A stretch of 63,982 nt of DNA, filler included, from Basidioascus undulatus (Eukaryota), in the NCBI GenBank assembly GCA_000826855.1. It is 13 parts of 13 records of this genome, joined end to end, with 100 filler letters (N's around TTAATTAATTAA, not from the genome) between each part and the next. Parts side by side here need not be neighbours in the genome. Positions count along the whole stretch, not along the records: positions 33,451 to 57,564 come from JTLS01000248.1; positions 57,665 to 60,890 come from JTLS01002480.1; positions 60,991 to 63,982 come from JTLS01002545.1; 10 more parts are not named here. One strand, 5' to 3'. Of this stretch, positions 50,348 to 63,052 are shown one piece after another; within the stretch, counting starts at the first letter, position 1, and every line of letters begins with the position of its first letter. The notes beneath the pieces are model-generated. The model saw only the letters and a list, made by a program, of their open reading frames with translations, made no database searches and had not been told where the DNA came from. Made by a program: the position numbers and the translations under genes.

Positions 50348-50874
50348 ATTGGTGATGGGATTGTTCTGCTGGGTTAAAGAAGAGGGTCGACGAACGAGAG
50401 GGGAATCGAGGGGAAAAGGCGTGGGCGGCAAAGCGGAGGTATCTCAACGTGCCGGGCCGGGTCGTCGGTCCGGGTGGCAAAAGGCGGATTCAAAGGTTTG
50501 GCATGCGGCGACTGGGAAAGGGCGAATGTAGAGTGGACCCAGCTGACTTGTGTAGTCCGCCCAAGCATGTGAACACACAATTAGACTCTCATCATCGTCT
50601 CATTGCCAGGTTCCACCTAGACTAGAATCCACAAGTCTAGCAACGGGGCATTCATCATGATAAAGCCGCAACTGACAACCCTGTTCCCCCAGTCAAAGAA
50701 TTAAAACAAGAGCCCTCAATTCCACCTGAGTGGGTCAGCCACTAGGACAAGAAGATGGTCTTTTGACACATGACTATAGACAATAATGCAGTCAATAGGT
50801 CATTTTGTTTTGACTGACTTGCATTGCACAAGGGCTTAACCTGCAGGATTTAAGCATGTGCAACCTGTAAGTAC

Positions 50875-51882
50875 CTAGTAGCCCCCTTCTTCAAGGGCGA
50901 GCTCTGCGAGCCCGGATGTAGGAGGTAGTTCGGGAGGGCCGATTGGGATGCGATTGGTGGAATTCGAGTACCAGGGAGTCGTCATCATCGAAGTCATCGG
51001 CAGAAACCCAGCTGCGTTCCTCGGGGCCATAGCCAGCCCAATCGACCAGGTACTGTAACTTCCGGCGGAAAAGGCGGGAGTCGAGGATGCGGGATACTTC
51101 ATACTCCTCCTCTCCTTCGGCATTGATGATAGGTGGAGGCGGTATGGAAGCAGAGCGGGAGGGGAGGCGGAGCGGGGGGGATGGACTGCGTGTGGAGCGA
51201 GGGGAAGTGAGATGGATAAGGTGAGGACAGGTGGAGAAGGGCAGAAGGGGGAGGACGCACCGGATTGGTATGAGAAAGATTGGGGGTCGGAAGGGTCTTC
51301 GCGTAGCTCCGCGAGCAGCTCGTGTGAGATGGGACGGTCGGGGTACTTCTTGAGGACCTGCTCCCAACCATCGCATACAGCGCATCCCAATTCAGCTCCA
51401 GATTATTTCGAAGTATGAGGAAAACAAGGGAGCGAGAAGGGGAGGAAGACGCACCCGCTTCAGATTATCGCAGTACCGCCACTTCGCCTCAGCAGGCGTC
51501 AAGTCCCTCTGCTTTGCCCAGGCATCCCACTTTGCGCGGCCGAGCATATCAAACATCCCCGGCCTCGAGCCGCGCACGTTGCCCTCCGTCGCTGCATCAC
51601 CACATCCGCCACCCTACTATCAGCCCTCCTGCTCAGGGGGGAGGAAGACGCCGGGGGAAAGAGGCGCACCCTGCTTGTACAGGCTGTACATCGCCAGCTT
51701 CTCCTCGTAGCTCGTTTGGATTGGGCCCGTCTTGGGTAGTCTGGCACCATCCCACCCCCACCCGATGAGTTCCCAACTCTCGATGCATGGAGGGGTCAGG
51801 AGACGCACGACTGCACGATCCTGACAGCGCGATCGAAGCGCGCGTCGACGCCGTGCGCGCTCGCGTGCGCGCTGGTCGACAT
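50875..51882 (-). CDS. Acyl-CoA-binding domain protein; last exon runs into the gypsy remnant
   Basis: [103 protein letters not shown].. The predicted last exon ends at TAG 50875-50877. Confidence 0.8.
50878..51140 (-). mobile_element. Ty3/gypsy (chromovirus) pol 3' remnant: chromodomain + polypurine tract
   Basis: [59 protein letters not shown], immediately followed by GAAGAAGGGGGCTAC (PPT-like). No integrase or LTR is visible. Confidence 0.85.
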
Positions 51883-52376
51883 GGCGTCTCAACTGTGCAA
51901 TTGTGGATGGGAGATAGGAAGATGCTGGAGTTGGAGATGCAGGAGGAGGAAGAGAGAGCAAGCGAGCACGGAGGTCGGTGGCGGCCAACAGACCGGCTAC
52001 AGTACCGCGCGGTGGGCCGGCGCAGCTGCCGTTTTGTCGTTCACATGCTGCGTGGGCGCGGGCTCAAGCTTGAGCGCTGGGTTCGCGACGGCTGTAATTT
52101 TTTTGAAGGTATATCGGGATGTATATTTGTGCCGTTCATCAAAGCTGATTAGAAGAAAACAAGTGAAAAGTAGTGCGAAGAAGTCAAGGGGTCGAACTAC
52201 CGCGGGACTCCCGAGGACCGCATGCGCTGCAGTTTTCCCACGAACTTCTGAACTTGTTCCCCCCGGGCTCGTCCTTGTCTTCTTGCCTCGCTCCTTCCCT
52301 TCTTCTCCTATCGATTCCTCTTCCGTTCCTCTCCTAGATCCTTCCACTCTCACCACACGCTCCCCCTTCCCCAACG

Positions 52377-53486
52377 ATGGCCGCCGACGACCGCTTCGCC
52401 GCCTCGATCTCGTGGTCCGACGACGACGCCCCCGCTTCCCACTCCGCCGCCCCCGCCAGCGCCTCCCCGGGCCTCCACTCCTCCTCCAAGAAGCGCAAAG
52501 CCTCCGCGTCCCCCAAGCTCGAGGACGAGGAGGAGGAGTTTGCCCCGGCCCCCGCCCCCGAACCGGAAACGAAGCCGGGCATCATCTACATCTCGCGCAT
52601 CCCGCCCGGGATGACACCCGCCAAGGTGAAGGCTATCATGGCGCAGCATGGGGAGGTGGGGCGGGTGTATCTGCAGGCTTCTCGTGCGTCTTTCCTCCCC
52701 CCATTTCCACCCCATCCCCATACCCACCTCCCTTCTCCTTATTCGTTTCTCCATTCTCTTCTTCACTGTCTGCGATTCTAGGACTGATATTGAGAAATGC
52801 AACTCGTCTAGCCAACTCCCATCCCCGCCGCCCGCACTACACCGAAGGCTGGGTCGAGTTCGCGCGCCGGCGGGTTGCCAAGCGCGTCGCGGCGCTGCTC
52901 AACGCCCAGCCGATCGGGGGCAAGAAGGGCGACAAGTGGCGCGACGACGTGTGGACGATGAAGTACCTTGGCGGCGGGTTCAGGTGGGGGATGCTGAGCG
53001 AACATGTTGGTGCGTCTTTCCCTTCTTTTCCTTCCTTACTTCTCCTTCTCCTTCCTCGTTGTCCTTCCTCCTCCTCCTCCTTCTCTCCCTCTCATCCTTC
53101 CTTCTCCCAAGCGACAGCAAACTGATGACATGAGATGGGACGAAACAGCCTATGAAGCCGCTTCGCACGCCTCTCGCCTGCGCGCGGAGCTCGCGCAGTC
53201 CAAGCGGGAGCAGCAGGACTACCTCCGGCGTGTCGAGCGGGCTCGGATCCAATCCCAGAAAGCCGAGAAGGCAGCCAAAAAGTCATTCACCTCCACCTCC
53301 AACCCCTCCTCATCCTCCACCGCCGCCTCCGCAGCCAAGGCCGCAGGGGAGAAGGGCTTCAGGCAGCGTGGCGTGGTGGATAAAAAGCGGAAGACGGGGG
53401 CTGCGGCGGGGGAGGCGGAAGAGGCGAGGGGGAAGGCGAGGGGGAAGGGGAAGGTCGCGGACGTGTTGGGGAGCGTATTTGGGTGA
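52377..53486 (+). CDS. ESF2: Pre-rRNA-processing protein Esf2 (ABT1 family)
   Basis: [118 protein letters not shown]. Confidence 0.95.
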
Positions 53487-54644
53487 GGGGATGGAGGCAT
53501 GATCTTCGTCTGCGGACGAATTGGCAGGACGCTGTGATGCTGTGCTTGAGGGGCCTCGGGCGGTGGAGATAGGTTGCGTTGCGGGCGGTGCGGAGTCTGG
53601 AGCTGGGCGTGAGCTGGCCTCTCATTGGACACCGTCCCGTTCTCGCTACTGCCAGAGTAACCAAGCCTGCTTTGCTGTACACGGTTCTTCATTATGCAAG
53701 CGAGGGGAGAGCCAAGATGCAAAAATGGGATAAACAGTGCCCGCCTTGTGGCACACCGTCACGAGCGATTCGTACGCAAGATTCCCCCAGCCGGAAGTCA
53801 TTGGCTCCTACTGTTACATCTACATCTATTAAGGGACCCTAAGTCAAGTATCCAAATAAAATGCAGCTTTTGCTCCACAGATGACGATGTACAACTTGTA
53901 CTCTGCACTTCGTGCTCTCATTCCACCGCAGCTTGAGCATACCGCTGCGGCCAGCGGCCATTACTCCAGTCCCTCGGGGCTGCTCCCTGACTTATTATCC
54001 CTGGTCCAAACTTTCGAAATGATCACAAGTATGACAGAGCACGAGACGGTTGTGCTAGCGCGGTGGAGATGATAGGGGGAAGTGGTGCGGTGCAGTGCAG
54101 TGGCCGCTGCAATCAGAGAAAACCCATGGCAACAGCTATCTGAGCGGACCCTTCCTAGGCCGGCGTCTATATCCAAGGGAGGCCCAGCCGCCTCAACGCA
54201 ACCTCACAGCTGCAACTGGAGCTGGCTGCAAGCTGGCGGCCGAGTCGGGAAACCGCAAAGACTTGCTGTAGTTCTCACACGCCCACACAATAACGAGGCA
54301 CAGTTTTGCGTGAGTCTAGGTAAACCTCATCACAATGATTACCTCTCTTCCCGCTCTGTGAAGGTGCAGCAAGTGCCGGAGTTCAGCAACTTGGGCCTGG
54401 CCAGCTGGTTCCTTTCTGGTCGACAAGCAGCGTGCACAACACAGAACGCTTGCTGGCAAGCGGCGTGAGAGCACAGCTGGATTAGGGGCTGCATGCCCAT
54501 AAAAATTGACGGAAAATGTTGCTCCCTTTGTGAGTGTTTAATCTTTATCAGCCCTCTGCTGTCAAAAGACCAGAGGCCGATCGCAGTGTTTGGACTGAGA
54601 GATGTCCCTTTAGATGTAGGGGGGGTTCGTAGGTCCGTTAGAGC

Positions 54645-54698
54645 AATGGCGGTGCACCCCACCTCCATCAAAATGGCGGTGCACCCCACCTCCATCAA
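54645..54698 (+). repeat. Perfect 27-bp tandem duplication
   Basis: AATGGCGGTGCACCCCACCTCCATCAA x2. Confidence 0.85.
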
Positions 54699-54825
54699 AA
54701 TCCGCAATACCGTACTGGTCTCTTCTGAGCCACCAGCAACAAGCTCGACTTTCGAAGTTCGACGTTCGACCTCTACAGCACTTTCTCCACCCCATCGCCA
54801 GCACAGAGGCCCTTTACTCTCCAGC

Positions 54826-56138
54826 ATGGGCAATGGACTGTCCCCACTTCATCTTCGCAGAAGAAAGACGGTGAGTGGAATATTCTCCTGCCTGCCTTCA
54901 AGCACTCGACCGATCGGCATCGTCAGTCCCAAAGATCGCAGTTCTTGGTCCCAACTTCACCAGACACCTGCCTGATGAGATTCTACTTTACATCCTCGAG
55001 CTGGTCGTGGGCGATGGGCCTCGAAGTAGGGCCTCCTGCGATTTCCACTCTGCGTTACGGCTTTCCCTTGTTTGCAGACGCTGGAACGTAAGCCGAAATC
55101 TGCGCTGCATGTCTTTCAAAGGGGGATATTTGACGGTTTACCACAACCCTTTCATCCAGTCACTGGCCACTCCGCTTTTGCATCGATCGATCTACCTTTC
55201 ACGCTGTTCTACAAAATCTAGCGAATATCGAAACACTTCTCGAAGGCAGCCGCTCGAGGTGCGCCGATGGGACATCATGACCATCAATTCGCAAGCACAT
55301 TACATGTCGTGGCCTATACTAACCACATGAGGAGGATGAACTCAAAGTTTGAGAAACACTGCTGCTCGATACTCAGCCATCTTTCCAATCGGCAGGAACT
55401 TCATCTTCATGGCATCATGGCACTCGACGCGTCCCGCTTCGCTGTTCTCGCTGCAAGCCCTTTCACGTCGTCTCTTCGCATTCTGGACGTGACGCTCTAT
55501 CTGGAACCTCGCCAAATTGCGCAAAGCATTTCCAGTTTCCAATTCCTCTCAAGTCTCACAATCCGCTTCGCGTGTGTTCACTACCCCACTGACCCCGAGG
55601 ACGGCGTTTCTACGTTTCATTTCTCGATCGCATTTCCCAGCCCTGCGAAAGCTCAAGCTGGAAGGATTCTATGGCGCCGGACGCCTCTCTCTCGATCGCG
55701 CCTTTCGCAGAATCGGTTCGTCGCTGAAAGCGTTTTACATCGCTTTTGGACCGGGTGCTGAGATCCCTGACATCGGCAGATATTGTCCTTTGCTCTTTCA
55801 TTTTGATGTCGAGTTCTTCGGTGCCTCTCCTCACGCCATTGCCATCTCGCATCGGGGCATCAAGTCCTGTGCATCTGTCATCTGTACTCTTTTCGCGTTA
55901 TAAAGGTATGAAACTTACATCCCGGGTATGTCAACGATGCGTTGATGCCACAGCGCCTGGCCCCCAGCTTCACCTCGTTCGTCCTTTGATCGCAGCCTGC
56001 ACCAAACGACCTAGTTGCACGTATGTAGCTCATTCGAAACATAAAATAGAAACCGTGTACATCCAACCGGTGTCTATAGTATACAATACTCCACACGGAG
56101 AACGGGGCTGTGGAAGACAGACTCTGTCCCCTTTCTAG
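54826..56138 (+). pseudogene. F-box/LRR-like gene with apparent frameshifts
   Basis: HLPDEILLYILELV..LRLSLVCRRWN/SLATPLLHRSIYL. LRR-like segments (LSNRQELHLHG, SSLRILDV, FPALRKLKLEG) lie in different frames without clear introns between them. Confidence 0.6.
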
Positions 56139-56699
56139 CCACGCATATGTCGCGTGTCATTGAAGAAAATGCCGTGGTTAAGTAGAAAGCTATCCAGTCC
56201 AGGTCTCGACAGCCTGAAAGTGCTTATATGGCATGCGGTAGTTCTGAGGTCCAAGTTTGCGGCACCTGCTGCTCTGACGCCTGAACTCCAGCATGTACCA
56301 ACTGCCACTTAAGTCCATCTTTCAGGTTCACATACTGTGAGAACAAATTTCAGTGCACAAAAGGAGTATTCTGAATGCCTAAACTGTGGGAGCCTTCCAT
56401 GAAGCGGATGTAGAGGGGTGAGCGTGCAACACTGGCAACTCTGAAGCCCTGACTGCAGGGTGTCCTGTTTTTCACTCACACACAGATTGAAGGAAGCGAA
56501 TTTGCCTATTCCTGTCACTGACAAATCAAAGTTCTGCATGTAAAAAAAACATTGGACAACCTTCCATATAGCGAAAACCAAGGGCTGGGCTGTCCATCGT
56601 GACTGGGCTGCTGACGGGCTGCTCTCCGTACACAGACGTGGTTCTTCAGCTGGATTCGACGAAATTTTGAGGCAAATGTATAATTCAGCAATTGTAAGC

Positions 56700-57194
56700 T
56701 CAAGGCGTCACGTCCATGAGTGTCACTATTCCTCCTTCCCACAGTCTTCGTCCTCCTCTTCCATCCCCGCCGCTTTCTCCTCCTCTCAAGCGAAAACCTA
56801 TGTAGATCTGGGAAGGTGCGTGAAGGTAAATAATGAAGGGATAAATTAGGGCGCGCTAGGAATGAGAGCGAGGGAATGTTGCGTACTGCACAGCGTCTGA
56901 CTGTGAGGGAGAATACCAAGCGCAGCAGCGGAAGCTGGCAAGTCAGTCGGAAGCGACACTGGCGGGCGAGTGGTGCTCATCAAACTGACCCACAGGGCAC
57001 ACCGGGGGCGGCGGCTGCTTCTTGTCGTGCCGGTCGACCTTCTTGCCGAGCTCGAGCAGCTTGCCGAGGGCGTCCAAGCTGTCGAGCAGCCCCGACGCTG
57101 CAGGTTGGTGACCTAAGGCATGGCGGAGGAAAGGTGTTGCCGTGCATAGCGCAACGAGGAGGTAGAGAACGAGTGCGAAGGAGGGGGCGCCCAT
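56700..57194 (-). CDS. Candidate small secreted protein (3' exon structure uncertain)
   Basis: MGAPSFALVLYLLVALCTA signal peptide, TACATAAAAG ~95 nt upstream, and a GTCAGT donor after PPPPVCPV. Confidence 0.5.
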
Positions 57195-57664
57195 GGTGTG
57201 ATAAGGAAATCGCATAGGGCGGCTTGGGGAGCGCGATGAGGTGAATAATGGGGACACGAACAAGACGAACCCAGTGAAGCAGGCTTTTATGTAGATAGAA
57301 AAAGAAAACACTGCATTTCAAGGTGCACACATGGCTGCAGAGCAATGCAGAGCGGAGTCTGTTGCGCAGGCAGGCCCGCCGGCACCGCGGCAGCCTCCCC
57401 GACAGCCCCCTCCCTTCTTTGACCTCGGACCGGCATCTCAAGTGCCTTGCTTTCCCTTAAGCCATTTTTCCCTCAATCCACCCCGGCAGCTTTCTTTTCT
57501 CTTCAAGGTGCGCTTTATCCAGCTCTGTCTCCCCCTTCTTCTTCTTCTTCTCTCATCCATCCCANNNNNNNNNNNNNNNNNNNNNNNNNNNNNNNNNNNN
57601 NNNNNNNNTTAATTAATTAANNNNNNNNNNNNNNNNNNNNNNNNNNNNNNNNNNNNNNNNNNNN

Positions 57665-58048
57665 TCGCCGTAGTATGCCGTCGCTTGCGCAGCGGCGTAC
57701 TGCCTCCGCCGAGAGCCTGCCGCCGGGGCGAGCGCGGAGCCGGGCGGGGGGGACTGCTGGAGAGGCGGAGAGGATGCGCCCGGCGCGACAAAGCCGGCTG
57801 CGGGGGAGACGGGCGGGTCCCAGGTGACTTGGCCGGTGGTGGTGTCTGTGTGGGTGGGGGACGGTGAGATCAAGGGAGGGTCGGGGAGGAGACGAAGGGG
57901 ATGAAGGACGCACCGGTGAAGCTCCATCGGTTGGCATTAGGATCCCTGACCGGCCCCGCCACATCAATTCAGCCCTTACGTCGGGTTCTCAAGAGCGCAC
58001 AGGGACCCACCACTGCGCGGTCCATCCGGGCGGGAGCTGCTGGGCCAT
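57665..58048 (-). CDS. N-terminal WW-domain region, probably basidiomycete Sec24 (3' truncated)
   Basis: Spliced: MAQQLPPGWTAQW/DPNANRWSFT/DTTTGQVTWDPP..GSRRRQYAAAQATAYYG. A WW domain plus an RRxYA motif resembles basidiomycete Sec24 N-termini (from recall). Confidence 0.65.
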
Positions 58049-61000
58049 GGCTGGCTGGCGGTGTGGGGGGTGTGGGACGGGAGGGCGCGTGTGCGCTACG
58101 GATCAGACCAGGCCGACTTTCTCCTGGAAGCGCTCTGAGAATTAAGACGCTGGGGGGACTAGGAGGAGGAGGAGCGGAAGACGATGGCGGTGGGATGGGA
58201 TGGAGGAAGCCAGAGCTGGAGCGAGCGGGCGCGCGCGCATGCCAGAGTGCGCGACGTGGCCCCGCCCATTCGACGAAATCGCCAAACAGTCGCATTTCTC
58301 GTTTCTCCTTCTCCCTTCACAACACTTCGCATTACTGACCCATCGCCCCTTCGCATTCCAAGCCATATATCGGACTCTTTCGGAAAGATCAATTTCAATT
58401 TAATATTTCTTCTCGAGGCCACCCTGGTACACCCTCACCCTGGCACGGCACTGCACCTGTACTGCTTCGCAGACCACAATACCTCCTCCTTCGAGCCTGG
58501 ATAGAGAGACGCCGCGCTGCAGTTTCTCTGTTATGTGGATTTGTTCTAGTTTTCAGGCGCTCGTCAAGGCTGAGGAAAAAATGTCGCCGCAAATGCGGGG
58601 CGGTAGGGGAGATCCGTCGGGCGGTGGCTGCGGGGGTCGTTCGTGTGTGGTTTCCTTTATCATCTTCATGCCCAATGTATCATAACGACCAATCCCCCAT
58701 ACCTTCTACATTCCGGTGGCACCTGACTGGGCATTCCCAGCCTGCAAATGAGCGCCGTACTTCCGGAAAGTGTGCAAACGCTGAGCTGCCTTGTCAAAGT
58801 GCAGCTCTACAGAGAGCCAACAACCCCGGCCAAGCGGTCAAGCAGCGGCGCATTCCCAAGACCGCAAGTTGTGGTCTGCTGAGGACGCTTCCGGAGGCGT
58901 TCGCATTCTCTGCAGGGCTGCCGTGGTACCAAGCAGGAACACGCTGATGCAGGGGCCGTTTCTCAACTCAGCACGCCCGCCGCCGCAGTGCTGAATTGAG
59001 GATATCTCTCCTCCTCCTCATGTACAACCTTAGATCCGTGTTCCTGAAATTAAATCCGAATTCACGAGGTAGATTAACCAAAGATACTCCGCTAACGGCG
59101 AGATCGCCGGCCGAAACCGGAAATGACTGTCGAGCAGCAGCCACGCAGAGAGCAGCCCTCGCACGCACACAGGTACTGTATGAATGGCCAGGCCGCTCAG
59201 AGATATTTTAAAATATGAAGTACTAGAAAAATAACACAATACAAGAAAGATGTAAAATACTAAAAGACCACTTAACTCAAGTCATTTTCGGGGCGCACAG
59301 GGTGCGCAGCCGCGGTAGTCGCTGGCGGGGCACGTTTTTTTCGTTCCGAACAGCGGTCCCCGGGAGTACAACAGGAATCCTTCGAAGCAAAGAGCTGCAT
59401 TGCCCTCCTTCTTTTGGAAAGCAATCACATGTCATGCGGTGTTGTCCGCGACGCTGTCCCAAACGTACAAGCAGCCACACGCATGCCCTTCGAGCGACTT
59501 GCAGGACCGTCTTCTTTGCTCTTCGAGCTCTTCGGCTTTTATCAAGAGATAAAAAGTATGGGCAGGAAGTATGGGCGATGGCGAACAGTGGTGTGAATTG
59601 TGGGCGTGTGGGAGTGTCCCGGCGAGGGGGAGGGGGACGAGGAACAGATGGGCGTTGGGGTTCGGAGGACCGTCTCAGAAAAGGGTGGAAGTGTCTGGGC
59701 TGCTTTGGAAACTTGCAATAACTTGACTGTCGGTAGTATTGGTAGTATGGAAGACCGCGTATTCCTCAGGAAATGCAAGGGGCTGTCGCGGTCTGCGTGG
59801 GGAGATACGTGCGTTCCTCCATTCGTCTTCTTCCTTTTGATGTAGGCCGACATGGAGGACGCGATAAACATGGGTGTTCTCCCGCACCAAACTACCTCTT
59901 CCCAAGCCTCCCCCTCCTCCTGCCACGGCGGGGGCGAGGAAAGGGGTGAAGCCCCCACCCCGCAGGGCTCGCTTGATGAACCAAAAGTTCCGAGTAATTC
60001 TGACAGCTGTAGCGCCCCAAGGAGACCAGACACCGCAACTTCCTTGTGGACAAACAGGTTGCGCTGCCGCTGCCTCGGGAATCGAAAAGGACTTACACAA
60101 TCGTGAACAAAACTCTCAAAGAGGAACCTCATAAAATCAAGCTGTCTTCTGTACAGTTTAGGACAACGCCGACTTTTGTCTCATTCTCTCCCATGCAACA
60201 CAGAGCGTGCGAGTTAAACTTGCATAAGCAGCTCGTAGCGGAAGCTCTGGAGTTTCCTCCGACTCATCAACGTTTCCGGGGTAGAAAGAACAATATCACT
60301 GGGATTGTTGCACAGGAATTTATTCTGATCTGGGTTGAAGTGTGAGCAGCATTTCGAAGATAATTCAGCTGCCGGGCTTCCTGGGACGTGGCGCACGCTG
60401 CACACTGGCGAAGTTGCTTTTCATAAACACGTAAAGCCGACTTTGTTTCCGAGGAACATGATAGGTGGGCCGCAAGTTACGTCATAAAGCGTGGCAAATG
60501 AGGTATTCTCCTTGACGGCATCTTTTTTGAGAAGTGCAGGTGGGAAAGGCTGTACTCTTGGGTTGCTTCGCGAAGTATTCCAGTGTCAGGAAAACTGCCA
60601 GGCATAAGTACCTATGATCTGGTTCAGAGGATCCCAAGAAAACAAACGGCACACCGACGTGATATACCAAAGTTTTTGCGTCTCTTTGCGCCCACCACGC
60701 TAGACGTATGTTCTCCTTCCGATTCGCATGCCTCCGTGGAAGCTTCTATGAAAAAGGTATACATGGCTACATATTCGGAGACCGGCAGGGGATTCCTTCA
60801 AGATGGCGAAATGTCAGCCCGAGCGCTTTTGGGAACGTTAAGAATTGTCGAGGAGCATCGACGCAAAGACCCCCCCCCCCCCCCCCCCCCNNNNNNNNNN
60901 NNNNNNNNNNNNNNNNNNNNNNNNNNNNNNNNNNTTAATTAATTAANNNNNNNNNNNNNNNNNNNNNNNNNNNNNNNNNNNNNNNNNNNNCTAGCAGTTC

Positions 61001-61414
61001 AGTTTTAGCACGTAACGACCAAACGAAATCGCAAAAGCAATTTCAAAAGTACCACGCATCTTCTTTTTTTTCTTCTTTCTGAGATTTTTTTCGTGATCGT
61101 TGAGTATTGGACGTTGGGCCCGCTTGGGGCTGTCGCTTTGTTATTCGAGTTGAAGTTCTGGCTAGCTAGCGTAGAAGAAGATGAGTCGGTTGGTAGGTTG
61201 GTAGTTGACCAGAGCAGAAGTTGAAGCAGAAATTGAATAGCAAAAGCAAATTGAAGCATGAAACAGTCGATGATCGAGTTATTTGGGCGTGTGAGGGTTG
61301 GCACTGCGCACTGCGTGTTCATGTGGGGGATGGTCGGGTGGAAGGAGGTGGCAAGTTCTTGCTTGGAACCTTTCCCTCCAACCAGCCAGTTCGTCCGTCC
61401 TAACGCGAAGCAAC

Positions 61415-61937
61415 ATGTCGACAGCGCCACCGATCCCGTACTACCAGAAGTGTTCGTCGCACAACAGCTACGACGGCAGCGAGTTTGAACTTCGAGTGTA
61501 CGTATTCCGTTTCTTTACCGGACTTCACCAGTAGTGGCATGGGGGACCTGATTTTGCCGGCGTCTCCCATCTTGTGCAGCGGCGCCATTTTCATCGTCTT
61601 GGTGACTTCCACCTGCGCTTGCTGTCTGCCTGTTGCCAGCCAGCAGACACGCACGTTCAAGCACATTATCCCCGCCTTTGTGCAGGACTTTGCCAGATTC
61701 TTGTGAGTAACTTTTGCTGTGTATCTGGTCTGCGCACGGAAAATTAAGCTTTGTTGCAAACAGTGGTGCGGGCGTAATGCGAGAAATGGCTGCGCCAGTT
61801 TCAGCGGCCGTAGAGAAAGACTCGCTCATTACACCTTTGTTTTTCTCTTCCAGTTCTTCAGCATTGCCACTGCGTTCATCCACTTGCTGGACCTGGCTCT
61901 GCGAGCTTTCACCCGACAATGTGTCCCGCACTTCTGG
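61415..61937 (+). pseudogene. ZIP-family zinc transporter (Zrt1-like) 5' fragment
   Basis: CSSHNSYDGSEFELRV/GAIFIVLVTS..LPV..IPAFVQDFARFF/GAGVI/IATAFIHLL..C. No downstream ZIP exons are recognisable before the opposite-strand F-box relic. Confidence 0.7.
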
Positions 61938-62245
61938 GTGAGTGGCTCGCATCATCTCACTTTCTTCAATGTCGAGAACGTTAGGGGGTGGGTTGGCAGG
62001 GCACGCTAGATCGGTGCAGTGCGGAATGGTGTAGGAGGAAGACTGATATTCTATGCGTTGATATTCAGGCAGTCAGAGTATTTTAAGAGAGAAAAGGAGC
62101 GTGCCAAGCGGTTTGCATATCGACGGCTCAGAGTCAGAGTCAGAGTCAGAGGCCAAACGCCATCGATGCTGATGCTCGCTACATCTGAAGTAGGACCAAC
62201 GAAAGAGTCGCTAGCAAGACCTGCCTCAAAGACCCCCATAACCAC

Positions 62246-63052
62246 CTACTCTTCCAGCTCCCACAGGGTCCCATCAACGATGCGATCAACGAACACTCTG
62301 TACTTTGCAGCCGACATGACGACCACCTTGGCTTGCAGAGCTTCAGGCAACCCATTCGTCACCATGGCGAAGAACTCCTTCTCGTTGTAATCTCGGTGCG
62401 GATCTATTCCCAAACCGAGAATGAGCTTGCGCAGTGTGCGTGCGTTAGTCAGGAACCGCGAGATGCCGCTGAGGTGTGGCTCAGGCGCAGGATCAGGCGC
62501 GGGGTTCCCCAAGTCCAACAGCGACATGACTGAGGCAATATAGTCCGAGCAGCGTGTCCAGCACGCCAGCACATGCGCGATATCGAAAGATAGCGCTACA
62601 CCACAAGGCGCTTGACTGTCTTCGGCGCATACTGGGATATTCGCCAAGCTGATGATATGGAAAGGAGCACTCTTCCAGAGCAAGCGAAAGGCCGTGGTCG
62701 ATCGCGGGGTCGGGGTTGAAGTTTAAGTAGTGTCGTCGCAGGTTGATCATCCCCACAAGGAGAGCTTCACGCTGGCGATGCGACAGGCCGTAATGTGTTT
62801 GAAACGAGTGAGTCAGAGCGAGAAGCTGGGGTTTGGTTTGAGCGGTGTTTGTGAGCTTCGAGAACTGCTTGTCGCTTGACAGGGTAATTGAGTGATAGAA
62901 TAGCGGCTTCGCGAGCGCGGAAGGAGCGCGATAACAGGCATAGGGAAGCCATGGTCTCGGAGACTCTGGTGTAGCGGAGTGGGTGCAGAAGGAGCGCCGG
63001 CCTCGGCGATAATAAGAGCGTGGATCTCCGGAAAGAGATGAGGAACGACCAT
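62246..63052 (-). pseudogene. F-box-like gene relic with frameshifts
   Basis: MVVPHLFPEIHALIIAEA (F-box-like start), then in another frame LAKPLFYHSITLSSDKQFSKL, then a third frame ..FLTNARTLRKLILGL. Confidence 0.5.

Noticed and set aside
51881..53125. 414-aa ORF and similar long GC-rich ORFs (e.g. 462-1295, 6657-7628, 27649-28224)
   Set aside because: They are read-throughs of introns/UTRs or antisense shadows of real genes in high-GC sequence.
59500..60890. Possible transposon or hypothetical coding region
   Set aside because: No transposase, RT or other motif could be recognised.
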